Below are positions 13,095-25,600 of a DNA stretch of 64,000 nt, one piece after another. The DNA comes from Octopus bimaculoides (lineage: Eukaryota). The position numbers and the translations under genes are program-made. The notes under the pieces are model-generated. The model was not told where the DNA came from, ran no database searches, and saw nothing but the letters and a program-made list of their open reading frames with translations. Position 1 is the stretch's first letter, and every line of letters starts with the position of its first letter. The stretch covers positions 152,895,068 to 152,959,067 of the forward strand of contig NC_068981.1 in the NCBI RefSeq assembly GCF_001194135.2, written 5' to 3'.

Positions 13095-14132
13095 NNNNNN
13101 NNNNNNNNNNNNNNNNNNNNNNNNNNNNNNNNNNNNNNNNNNNNNNNNNNNNNNNNNNNNNNNNNNNNNNNNNNNNNNNNNNNNNNNNNNNNNNNNNNNN
13201 NNNNNNNNNNNNNNNNNNNNNNNNNNNNNNNNNNNNNNNNNNNNNNNNNNNNNNNNNNNNNNNNNNNNNNNNNNNNNNNNNNNNNNNNNNNNNNNNNNNN
13301 NNNNNNNNNNNNNNNNNNNNNNNNNNNNNNNNNNNNNNNNNNNNNNNNNNNNNNNNNNNNNNTTACCAGGGTAGCAAAAAATCACACAAGTAATAAGGGC
13401 GTAACACCTTGTTTTTAAAGGTAGAAACTCCGGTTTTACTTGAAATATTTTGTATAAAATATATAAATAAATAAATGGAGTCAAACGCAGGTGTTATTCA
13501 AATTCTTTTACTTCCGACACATGTTTCAATGATATCATTGGTATTATTCCAAAAGAATTAAATGTTGTAAAACAATGTAATCTTCTCTTCAGGGAAATGA
13601 AGAAATAAAACTCGTCAATAAGACATTTTAACAGAATATGAGGGATATGTAAAGTGATGAACTGAACGCTATTAAGTTTTTTAAAGAAAAAACGTTGGAG
13701 GATATAGCGTCAAAGGTAGCCTATAGAAAGAGGAGGGGTAAAGGAAAGAAAAAATCAGAAACCAAATAAATGAGAAGTATAGAACGGTATCCAAATGAAA
13801 TAAAACCCTAAAGTCTTGGAAAAAGATATATCAAGTGAAAGTGAAATGTATGAAGAAAATCAATGTTTGAATTATATATAATGATTGATATCACTTATAT
13901 GAACATTGGCAGAAACACACCTTCAGTGAGCTGGCAGAAGTGTTAGAACATCAGGCAAGATGCTTTGTGGCGTTTTGTCTGTCTTTTATGTTTTGAGTTC
14001 AAATTCCACTGAGACTGACTTTACTGTCATTCTTTTGAGGTCGATAAAATAAGTACCAGCTGAGCACTGTGGTCAATGTTATTGATTTACCCACTGTTTT
14101 GAACTTGCTGCCCTTGCGCCAAAATTTGAAAC

Positions 14133-14192
<60 letters not shown>

Positions 14193-16643
14193 CATTCAGT
14201 AGTCTTATTTTTATCATGTGCTTTCACTGAACTATCGAGTGCAACTGTGTGTGCCTTGGGTATGTGCTGTGGTTTGTTGTGATGCTCTTATGGTTACTGT
14301 ATTGAAAGTGTTTTATGTAGGATGTGTGCAGTGCCTAGTAGTGCTATTTTCTGTATGTTATATATATTTGTTAGTCCTGGTGTTTTTTTTATGTATTTGT
14401 CTGAATATTTTTATCATATTGTTGTTGTTGTTGTTGTTGTTGTTATATTCATTAATGTTTGTTTTTATTGCTTTATCAGGTTCACATTGGTGAAAAAGGC
14501 AAAAATCCCACCAACAGCTCTTGCCTATACTTTAAAGAAAAAATCAGAGTTTCTTATTGCCATGGCCAACTATTCCTTGCACTGTTATGATACAGGTAAA
14601 GTAAAATGTCTTTTGGTTTTTCTGAAGTAATGCTAAGATTCATGTTTAATTAAATTACTCTCTTTTACTGTTGAAAATTACATTTTCAGGTCTTGATAAC
14701 TTTCATTTTATAAATCCTACCAATATGGTCACTTGCCAATACACTTTATCCTCTAAACCACAGATGCATTGCCTCCTTATTGTGCTTTTTCTCCTGCTAT
14801 TACCATGGGGTCTACACATCAAAGCCAGCTAATTGCAATATGTCTTTACCCAAACCCTTTTCACACACCAATTTCTCCTTTCCTTACTTATGCTGTGTCT
14901 TCTCCCACGCCACACTCAGTCCACACACTAATAGCTATGTTCTACCCTTCATCCATAGGACATTGATCCCATTTTGGTACATACTTATCCTGCAAATGAT
15001 GATTTCTAGATGTTCAAGCTGAACATAAATTGTATCAATCTTACCAGTGGCAGAAGATCTGCAGAAACCATAGGCAGGTCCCCTTCCTTCTTACCAAACC
15101 ATAAAAAAATGTTACGATCATTAATAATATTATTTCATTAGTGATCTTTTTATAGGATTTGGTAGGTTCTTATAATGATTCTTACACGAAATATTTGTGC
15201 GGATAGGGAATCATAAAATATAAGATATGTTAGCATCATGATATTAAGTATCTAGTTCTATAAATACTTGTTGCTGGATGGAAATGTGCTCTCGGTTGGT
15301 AAATTGTAGATAGCAGTGAAGAACTGGTGTTACTGAAGTAGGGTGTATTACACATCATTTTAAGTTGTTGATTAAAAAGATGCTGTTTAGTATATATTGT
15401 ATTCATGTGTAAAGAAATAATGTAGAAAACGTGAAATAGACTGAAATAATTGAGAAGGATCACTTGAATACATCTGCTTGCTAGATAGAAGTCAATAGAG
15501 CGTTATGTATATTGGAACTATACAGAGGTGAGAGAAATTTTCAGTTTTACCAAGAGGGTAAGATAAGACAACCTCTATAGTACCGCTGCAATGAAAACAT
15601 GCATCCAGTTTACTCTGTAAAGTGTTTGGCATATGGAAGGTATCCAGCCATAGAAGCCATGCCAAAACTGACACCTTGAAGCATAATCTGATCAGATCCT
15701 CTGAACCATCCAACCCATGTCAGCCTGGAAAGCAGAAGGCAGCAGTGGTGTCTAAAGTGCTGTTGTTTTTATCTAAAAATTTAAGATTTCTCTCCAAACA
15801 AATTTTCATTTGTATAAAATGTCTAGATGTTTCAGATGATTTATTGTTAATTTCTAAGGATGAAACAGCTTTTGATATTTACTTTTATCATTGTTTTTAA
15901 TTGTTTCTTATCTGATTACCTTTAGGTGTCTTAATCCTGGATATGTACAGAGTAAGTAGCATATATGAGCATTAACTTCTAGTAACAGTCCAGTGTTATC
16001 TACACATCCAGGAATAAGACACTTGATGGTGATCAGAGATCAAACCAATTGCAATGTAATACAACTTGAAATATTTAAAATAATTAGAATAGACATCTAT
16101 GTATCATACTTAATGTAAATACACCACTAGAAGGCAAATTAACTTCAGTTATCATCCAGAGATAATATCTCTTATGGATATGCCACTTCTTTGCATGTAA
16201 TGGATTTAAAATAAGTAAAGTTAATCACCACATATTAACACCCATATTAATGTGGTGATTAGCTTTACTTGTTAGTATAGTTACTGCTCTAATCTCTTCT
16301 TGAGATTTAACAACTAGCTATTTTGTTTGCTGCAAATCAGTGACTGATGGTCACTCTGTTTACTATTTATTGCTTGCTGGAGCAGATTCTGGTGACCAGG
16401 TGTTTGTGACCGAAGATGAAAACTAGTTCAAAACCGAATCAATCTCACAATCCTATCATCTGCTGGAGGATGGTAGCAGTTTGCTCCCTTGCTATGGCGT
16501 TAGGAAGGGCACCCAGCTGTAGAAACTCTGCCAAATTAGATTGGAGCCTGGTGTTGCCATCAGGTTTCACCAGTCCTCAGTCAAATCGTCCAACCCATGC
16601 TAGCATGGAAAGCGGACGTTAAACGATGATGATGATGATGATG

Positions 16644-16699
<56 letters not shown>

Positions 16700-19600
16700 A
16701 TGTATGTACAGGGTGCAGTGCTGCACCTATAGCCTTCTGGCAGAAGATCTGCCTGAGGTTAAACTAATAGTAACATTAAACAGTCTATTGATGTGGCGAT
16801 TAACTTTACCTGTTAGTATAGTTACTACTTTAATCTCTTCTTGAGATTTTACAACTAACTACTTTGGATTTAAGATTATTATTTTATTTCTAAAGATAAT
16901 ATTAATCATCCACAAAATTAATCTCATTCTAATTTCTGTTTAGAAACAAAAGAACTGGTTGCAGAGATGAAAGGTCATCAGACTGCTATAAATAATATCT
17001 CAGTTCATGCCAGTGGAAAGTTTGCCATCACTGTATCTGTTGATGATGCTCTTCTTTGGAATCTTGAAAAGTTTCAGCAACTGAAGAAATTAAGTATCAA
17101 CGAAAACATCTGCATAACAGAGGTAGATATAAATTTTATGTAATTTTAATTTACTGTATTCTTGAAATATATTCATTTTCTTTTGTAAAAGTGGAGTTTT
17201 AAAGACTAGTGTGGGAGTGGCATGCTAACATCTTTGACAATTTAACTGGACCTTAAAATAACCTCATAGTTGCAATGTGAGCTTATTTGCCACACAGCCA
17301 TGCTAGTGCATGTGGAACGTTAAAAGCACCATTTGAGCGTGATCGTTGCCAGGGCCGCTGACTGGTTCCTGTGCTGGTGGCACATCAAAAAGCACCACTT
17401 GAGCATGGTCATTGCCAGACTGGCTCCTATGCAGGTAGCACGTAAAAAGCACCATTTGAGCATGGCCAATGCCAGTACCGCCTGACTGGCCCTCGTGCTG
17501 GTGGCACATAAAAGCACCCACTGCACTCTTGGAGTAGTTGGCGTTAGAAAGGGCATCCAGCTGTAGAAACTTGCCAAATCAGCTTGGAGACTGGTGCAGC
17601 CTTCTTGCTTGCCAGCTCTCAGTCAAACTGTCCAACCCATGCCAACATGGAAAACAGACGTTAAACAAGGATGATGATGATGATATACATATATATATAT
17701 ATATATATATAAAAGCTGAACATTAGAAGCATCAGTTGTGGCGTGCAAGAGAGACGATTGCGCTGGTACGGACATGTGGTGAGAATGGAGGAGGATAGCT
17801 GCGTGAAAAAGTGCCACACCCTAACAGTTGAGGGAACCCGTGGAAGAGGTAGGCCCAGGAAGACCTGGGCTGAGGTGGTGAGGCAAGACCTTCGTACATT
17901 GGGCCTCACCGAGGCGATGACTACAGACCGAGACCTTTGGAAATGTGCTGTGGGTGAGAAGACCCGGCAAGCCAAGTAAGATCGTTGCCAGTGCCCNNNN
18001 NNNNNNNNNNNNNNNNNNNNNNNNNNNNNNNNNNNNNNNNNNNNNNNNNNNNNNNNNNNNNNNNNNNNNNNNNNNNNNNNNNNNNNNNNNNNNNNNNNNN
18101 NNNNNNNNNNNNNNNNNNNNNNNNNNNNNNNNNNNNNNNNNNNNNNNNNNNNNNNNNNNNNNNNNNNNNNNAGACACCATTTCGAGCGTGGCCGTTTTCG
18201 TGCGGGTGACATGTAAAAGCACCCACTACACTCTCTGAGTGGTTGGCGTTAGGAAGGGCATCCAGCTGTAGAAACTCTGCCAAATCAGACTGGAGCCTGG
18301 TGTTGCCATCCTGTTTCACCAGTCCTCAGTCAAATCGTCCAACCCATGCTAGCATGGAAAGCGGACGTTAAACGATGATGATGATGATGATGATATAAAT
18401 TTAAAATAAGCTGAAAATGGAGGAAACTTTTGATCAACAACAGATTGACCAATATCAGCTAATTATTTTTTAATACAAATCTTAGCATTTCTTATGGCCG
18501 TTTCAGCTGCCAATGTTAGTCGGTACCTACAAAGAAAATTCCAAAAATAATATTCATCATCTTTACAGCAATTCAGTCTGGTACATGGAGCTTCATCAGA
18601 GTGAAAACAAATACATAAAATAAAAGAAGGAAAGAGGGGAAAAGGAAAGAACAGGGCCTTGAGATAAGGCCAGAAGGCTCAATATATTAGAATCGTACTA
18701 TTTTGCAGTGTGAAGCCTGAAGTCAATGCGCAAAAGAGTAAACTAGCAAATAATTTAGAGAAATAATTTGTGGGTTATCTCTTATTTTAGGGGCACTAAG
18801 GTGTATAAATAATAGCAACACTTAGAAGAACTATTATAATAATAATAGAAATACAATAAATAAAATAGCGAGGTGAGTTAGACGAGGTATGAAGGATGCC
18901 AATAAATCCACTAATCACAAAGACAACAGTAATAACTTAAAATATTATCTGCAGAAACTGAGTCCTAGCACTACTAATGGCAGTATTAATGCACATAACC
19001 TAGATAATAAAACTAATGGTAATAAACATATACACCACACATATCTCTCTAACAGCTATAAACATGTGTCTTCAGTAAGATAACCGGTAAAGCGAGAGAC
19101 ATTAACTGGCTCATACTCCCATATGCAATGCTAATAAAGACCGACTTAGCTAAGCTAATATTTAACACTATAAATAAACACTTTGATAAGAATAGCAGGT
19201 ATTCGAAACTTATTAATACTAAAGTAATAAAGATAGGTTATAGTCTCATGCTTAGCTTAGCCAGCATCATTTCCTCTCTAAATAATAAAAAACTAGACAT
19301 TTTCTATTTAGATAGAAGCAACAATAACAATATCAGTAATAGTAAGAATAAAAATAATAAACCCCATAACCACTCCAAATTTAGTAAAGGGAACACTCGG
19401 AACCATAATAACCCTATTAATCTTAATCGACTTAGCATTATTCCACCAGAAAGTAATTCCCCACCACAGCCCAATCTATGTGACTGTAGGATACCAGTAG
19501 TAAGAATGGATATTCTTATCCCTTAGAGAGTTATTCCAATTGCTAACTCTGCTTGCCTTTTATATATATATATATATATAAGGGTAAATTTAGACAGCTT

Positions 19601-22600
19601 TCTGTAGATTGAAAAGAAATGATGAACAGCCTTAATTAATTTTTGAATCTTATTGGGTTCTCATCAATTTCAGAGGAACAAGCAGTCAATCTGTTTACAT
19701 ACTCCACACATCCGATAGTTACAGAATGCTGGAGCTACTAATTTGCATACCATAAGTGTTTAGCATTTTATTTAATATCAGTATTGGTGTCATCTGAAAA
19801 ACACCCAGTGTACTCTGTAAAGTGGTTGGTGTTAGGAAGGGCATCCAGCTGTAGAAACTTTGCCAAAACTGATAATAGAACTTGGCATAGCCCTCTGGCT
19901 TGCCAGCTCTTAGAGAATGGACATTAAATGATGAGGATCATGATGATGTTGATAATTTATATGTTGGTTTATTTGCAAAAAATATCCTAAAACATAATAC
20001 TTTCTTACACATTCTTTTAATTGTCTTTCATTTAATACTTAATTTTTCTTTCAGGTATTCTTTCTCCCTTTGAGTAATATTATCATTACCTGTTTCAAAG
20101 ATGATTCAATATTTGGTTGGGATCTAGAAACACTTAGTTGCAAATTTGAACTGCCGATTCCATCTGGTAAAAAGACAAAATACAAAACACTTGCTTCCAC
20201 ACGGTAAGAAACTGTTAATTTTGCAAAAAGAAGTCATTTTGAATATCATAGGTTCAGGAGTGGCTGTGTGGTTAAAAATCTTGCTTTCCAGTCATGTAGT
20301 TTTGGGTTCAGTCCTATTTTGTGGCACTTTGGGCAAATTCTAGACAAACTGAGGTTACAATCTAATTTTAATTCCCACTTAACACAATTAGTATTCTTGA
20401 AAATTTTTTTCTAATTTTGTCACAAGACTAACAATTTTAGTGGGAAGAAGTTAGTTAATTACATTGACCCCAGTACTTCTCTGTCATTTTATTTTATTAA
20501 CTCCAAAAGGATGAACGGCAATGTTGACCATGGCAGGATTTGAACTCAGAATATAAGAGCCAGCAAAAATGTTGCTAAGCATTTTTCTTCATATGTTTAC
20601 AATTCTACCAGCTATCCCCTTGAATAATCTATTCTAATATAAGCAGAAGGCCTGAAATTTTATGAAGCTGATTACATCAACCCCAATATTGAAGTGGTAC
20701 TTTGTTTTATCAAATCGAAAAAGATGAAAGGCTAAGTTAACCTCGGTAGGATTTTAATTCAGATTGTAAAGTGGCAGAAGAAATGCTGCTAAACATTTTG
20801 TCTGACATGCTAACAATTTCTCCAGCTCACCACCTTAAATAATGAATGAACATTTCAACCGCACATTTATTCTTGTATGACAGTGAGACTTGAATGCTTG
20901 TATAACAAATCAGGAAAAATGTTTATTTTCTTTAAATATAATAGCTCACTATTTCTTTACACTTCTCCAGGAGCGGTCGTACACTGGCCGCTGCAGGCCA
21001 CTCGAGATTTATAAGCCTGTTTGCCTTGGACACACACACCTTATTTCGGGTGATAGAGCTGCCCGGCAAAGTTACCATTGTGAAACAGCTTGTTTTTCTC
21101 TCAGACAGTTTTGATAAAGGATCAAATAAGGTAAGAACAAATTCTTTCTGAAGATTAAAGTCATGTTGTTTTTGTTGTAGTATTGTGTAACCCTAAGTTC
21201 CTTCTGATAAGGCAGGCCCACAGTATGCAAATAAGAGGCCAAATTACTCGGTGTGGCCCACAGATCTAGTGTTCTGGATGTACCATATTTCTACTTAGTT
21301 GAGGCCCATACTGCTCAGTTCAACATTCAATGGTTAACTGTGCACAGTGCACCATTGTAGCTTAGACATGTTGTCTTCTCTTCATTGTTAAATCTACTTC
21401 TTTATACTTGAGTTGTCTAGTCTTAAATCAACACTGATGAAGCTGACCTATAATCAAAGGCATTCCAGCCATGCCTATCTTGTCTTTGTAGAGTTTTGTT
21501 TTGTACAGCATTATCCAGTGTACCCTTTATTTAAGGCAGTAAAGTGTGCGTTGCAGGATATTTTGCTATTATTTTTAACAGGTTGAGCAACCACATTGAG
21601 GTTCTCTGATCTAGATGTTAAACATCAACTATCAATTGCATCTAGATAGTTATCTGAGCAGCACATGGGTTACTGTTAATTACTCTATTGCATCATCTAT
21701 CCTATACACCTGACTTCTCATTCCCTTTCTCCTCTTACAAGAGCATCAAAAACAAAATCAAAACTGAACTGATAGTAATCATTCACTAACTATAATTTAT
21801 AATTTTCTGTTTTTTCTTTCAGATACTTGGTGCCTTGTGTCAAGATGGTATTGCAAGATTCATGGATATTCACTCATGTAAACTGCTCTTTGATATTGGT
21901 ACCATCGAATACCGAATACACAGTATTTCAAGTAGTCTTATGGGGAAACATTTAATTGGTTTAATGGATTCTGGTAATATGAACATTTACAGTCTCCCAG
22001 CTCTCACTTCAGAACTGAATAAGGTATGCTATTTGGATTCCAGTTTCTAAGATATTTACATTTATATCTATTTGCTAATTTGGGATGATTATTGCTTAAT
22101 CCCATGTCAGCCTTAACTATCATCATCATCATCTTTTAAGGTCTATTTTCCATGCTGGCATTGGTTGGTCACTTTGACCGGAACTGGCAAGCCACAGAGC
22201 TGCACCACATTCCAGTTTGATTTGACTTGGTTTCTTTGACTGGACGCCCTTCCTAAAACCTACCATTTCTCAGTGTGTGCCGAGTGCTTTTAACATGCCA
22301 CCAGCACAAGCGCTTTTATGTGGTACCAGCATAAGTCTTGTTACCTGGCACCAGCACAAATGCTTTTTTTACCTGGCACTAGCAGGAGTGCTCATTACCT
22401 GGCACCAGCATGAGTTTTTTTCACTTGGCACCAGCACCTTTTTTTTTTTTCCTGGCACCAGCATGGGTGCTTCTTACCTAGCACCAGCATTAGTGATTTT
22501 ACCTGGCACCTGCATGAGTTTTTTTTTTCACCTGGCACTAACACATGTGCTTTTTACCTGGCACCAGCATGAGTGCTTTTTGCATGGCACCAGCACGAAT

Positions 22601-25600
22601 TCTTTTTACCTGGCACCAGCAGGAGTGCTTTTTGCCTGGCACCAACACAAGTGTTTTTTACGTGGCAGTAGCACAGGACTCTTGCAGGCCAATCCTCTTT
22701 AACAAGGGATATGATAATCTCAAGTGGTAATCTTGATCTCCAATTTGATGTGGAGGTTGTGTTAGAACACAGAATATTGCACTGTTCTCATAAAGACTCA
22801 TGATGCATAAAAGCACTCTTATATCATTGACAGACAAGAATTGTTTGCTACAGCAGCTGTGTTTATTGTAACATGCACCTAAGTCATGACCCAACTCCAT
22901 CTTTTAATATTAAGGATTGCATTGTTCAATATATCCTTCTTTATTTAAGATGGTAGGGTGTGATTTAAGGGTAATTTTGCTGCAGTTTCTAGTAAGTTAA
23001 GTAACCACTTTGAAGTTCTCCCATTGTCACATGCATGTTATAGTGAGTCTAACTCACACAGCTATGCACTTATACTTCAGTCAACATGATCACCAATTAA
23101 TTGATTTATAGTTTAGGTGGCTGAGTATTTCACAGGCATTTATTCTCTAAACATAAAGCTCAGGCAGAATCAGCATGACACTGTGTATAGTTTAGCTAAG
23201 CCTATGAATTAAAAATACACCCTGTCCAACAAGCTTCCACACAATTTCCATATATCCAATTTTGAGTAGGTTTGTAAGGCTTGTTTTAACTTGAATCTAT
23301 GATAGAGACACCTGTTCAAGATTTTGTTCTGTGAGATCCATTCTGGAATGAAGTGATTTTGAAACAAACTTTTTTAATTACACGGACATGTGCTCATATG
23401 TGTGAAATAATTGTTTCTAACTCAGATACAAGGCCAGTAGTTTTGAGGCCAAGGTAGAAGGATTTTGATGAACCACATTGACTCCAATGCTTGATGAAGG
23501 GCAAAGTTGACCTCAGCAGGATTTTATTTCACAATGTAAAGAGCCACAGCAAATACAGCAAGGCATTTTGTCTGATGATTTAACTATTCTGCCAACCCAC
23601 TGCTCTGTATGTGAGAAATAATAATAATAATAATATTTTTTTCTAATTTTGGCACAAGTCTAGTAATTTTAGGGTGATGGGGTTAGTTGATTACATTAGT
23701 CCTAGTATTTCTCTGGTGCCTTATTTTATTGACCCTGTAAAGATGAAAAGCAAAGTTGACTACGGTAGGATTTGATCTCAAAATATAAAGTGCCAGAAGA
23801 AAAGCTGCTAAGCATTTTGTATTATGTACTAACAATTCTGCCAACTCACCACCTAAATAATAATGATGATAATGGTTTGTTATAGCACTTCATAGGTGCA
23901 GGAGTGGCTGTGTTGTCAGAAGTTTACTTTCTGACCATGTGATTCCAGGTTCAGTCCCACAGCATGGCACCTTGGACAAATGTCTTCTTTTATAGGCTTG
24001 GGCTGACCAAAGCCTTGTGAGTGGATTTGGTTGGCGTAAACTGATAAAAGCCCATTTTGTGTGTGTGTGTGTGTGTGTGTTTCTGTTTCTGTCTGTGTTT
24101 CTCCCCCTCCACCACTTGACAAGCGGTGTGTTTATTTCCTTGAGCAGTTTGGCAATAGAGACTGATAGAATAAGTACCAAGCTCAAAAAAGTAAATGTAT
24201 TGGGGTCAATTGGTTCAACTAAAATTCTTCGAGGTGGTGCCCCAGCATGGCCACTGGGTAATGACTGAAATAAGTAAAAGCTAAAAGATAAAATACTCCT
24301 GTAGGACTGCTTTATTGTGTTTATTTCTATCTTCCAGAATCTGTCTTTTCCTTTTCATAGTACTGAAGTTTGCTTTGATTAGTGTAATTGGTGGACTTGT
24401 ATTTAACTTTACTGCTAATCTTAACTATTCTTTAATCATTTTCTAGCCTCCTCCACCTGTTGTAAAAGCAGTCAGAAAAACAAAATCTTTTGAGGAATTC
24501 ATCAAAAGCAGCTATAAAAGTAGTGATAAGCCATCTTCTGATTCTTCAGAGGTGAGTTCTGTAAAGGCTTCTAAAGAATATTTCACTTTCAATTACACAG
24601 CAAGTTGAATGTTTCATTGTTTAAAAATATAATGAGTGATTTTTGGGTACAGGTTCACAGAAGTAGAAATTAATGAAAGGGTTCTTATTACACATGTCTT
24701 CAAATCCATTATACTGTGAAAAATTTGCTGACCAGAGAAATAACAACAGCATCATGGCTTGTAGCTTATTGTACACTAGAAAGGGACTTAACTCATGTTT
24801 GCAGATGGCTCCGACTTGAAAATTGTTAGAAATTATGGTTTAAAATTATTTTTAATGCAAAAATTCATGTGTTAGGAAGTAACAAAAAGAAAAACAAATG
24901 GCCGATTCCGGGCATTTTCGACCATGAGGAATCCATTGGTGCAACTCCCAAATTGCTCTCTTGTAAGGTGTGGATTTCTATAGATGCAACACACACACAC
25001 ACACACACTCAAAAACTCAGCTTTACAATATGTACTGATGATTCAACAAAACATATAAGTTTCCTTTCTTTCCAGCCTTCTCAAGTCCTCTGCATTCAAA
25101 GCCCATGTCTCACTACCATGAGCATTGCCGTTCTAAAACAAGCATCATACAATCTACTCTTTACTCTGAGGGAAATTATCTTTGTTACTAGCAACAGCAG
25201 TAGTGGCCCTCTAAAATTTTGTTGTATTCTTACCATAGTTATTATATTTTTGGAGCAACTACTTTCCTTGCTAATTATATCTCCTGGGTAACAAAAGCTC
25301 TCTGTGACCTTCATAACTTGATCCAGTTGTTTGATTCCTTAATAATTTCATCTCTCTAAGGCATTATCTCCTTTGCCTTTGTAGCAGTTTACAATGGCAC
25401 TACTGCATCAGTCATTGGGTATAACACCTTCCTGTACAGTTTGACTAATTATCCAGATGCTAATCATGTATCCTACCTCATGAAATATTTTGAGCATCTT
25501 TACAACTATCTAGACCCACAGCTTCCCCTCTTTTCATGCCCTTAATTGCTTTATCTAACATGCTACTGTCAACTTAAATTGCCTGTCCTTTATAGGGTGA

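Noticed and set aside
12506-13484. Many 80-170-aa YI/HT/CV-rich ORFs
   Set aside because: Dinucleotide microsatellite and N-gap read-through.
20971-21130. Exon 6 appears CpG-rich (6 CpG in 160 nt)
   Set aside because: Exon 13 has 4 in 180 nt; the difference is too small to interpret.
22297-22678. CRISPR-like array
   Set aside because: Units are contiguous with no unique spacers, no cas genes, eukaryotic intron; it is a minisatellite.
23894-23970. tRNA-like A/B boxes (also at other SINE heads)
   Set aside because: No cloverleaf; these are SINE promoters, not tRNA genes.
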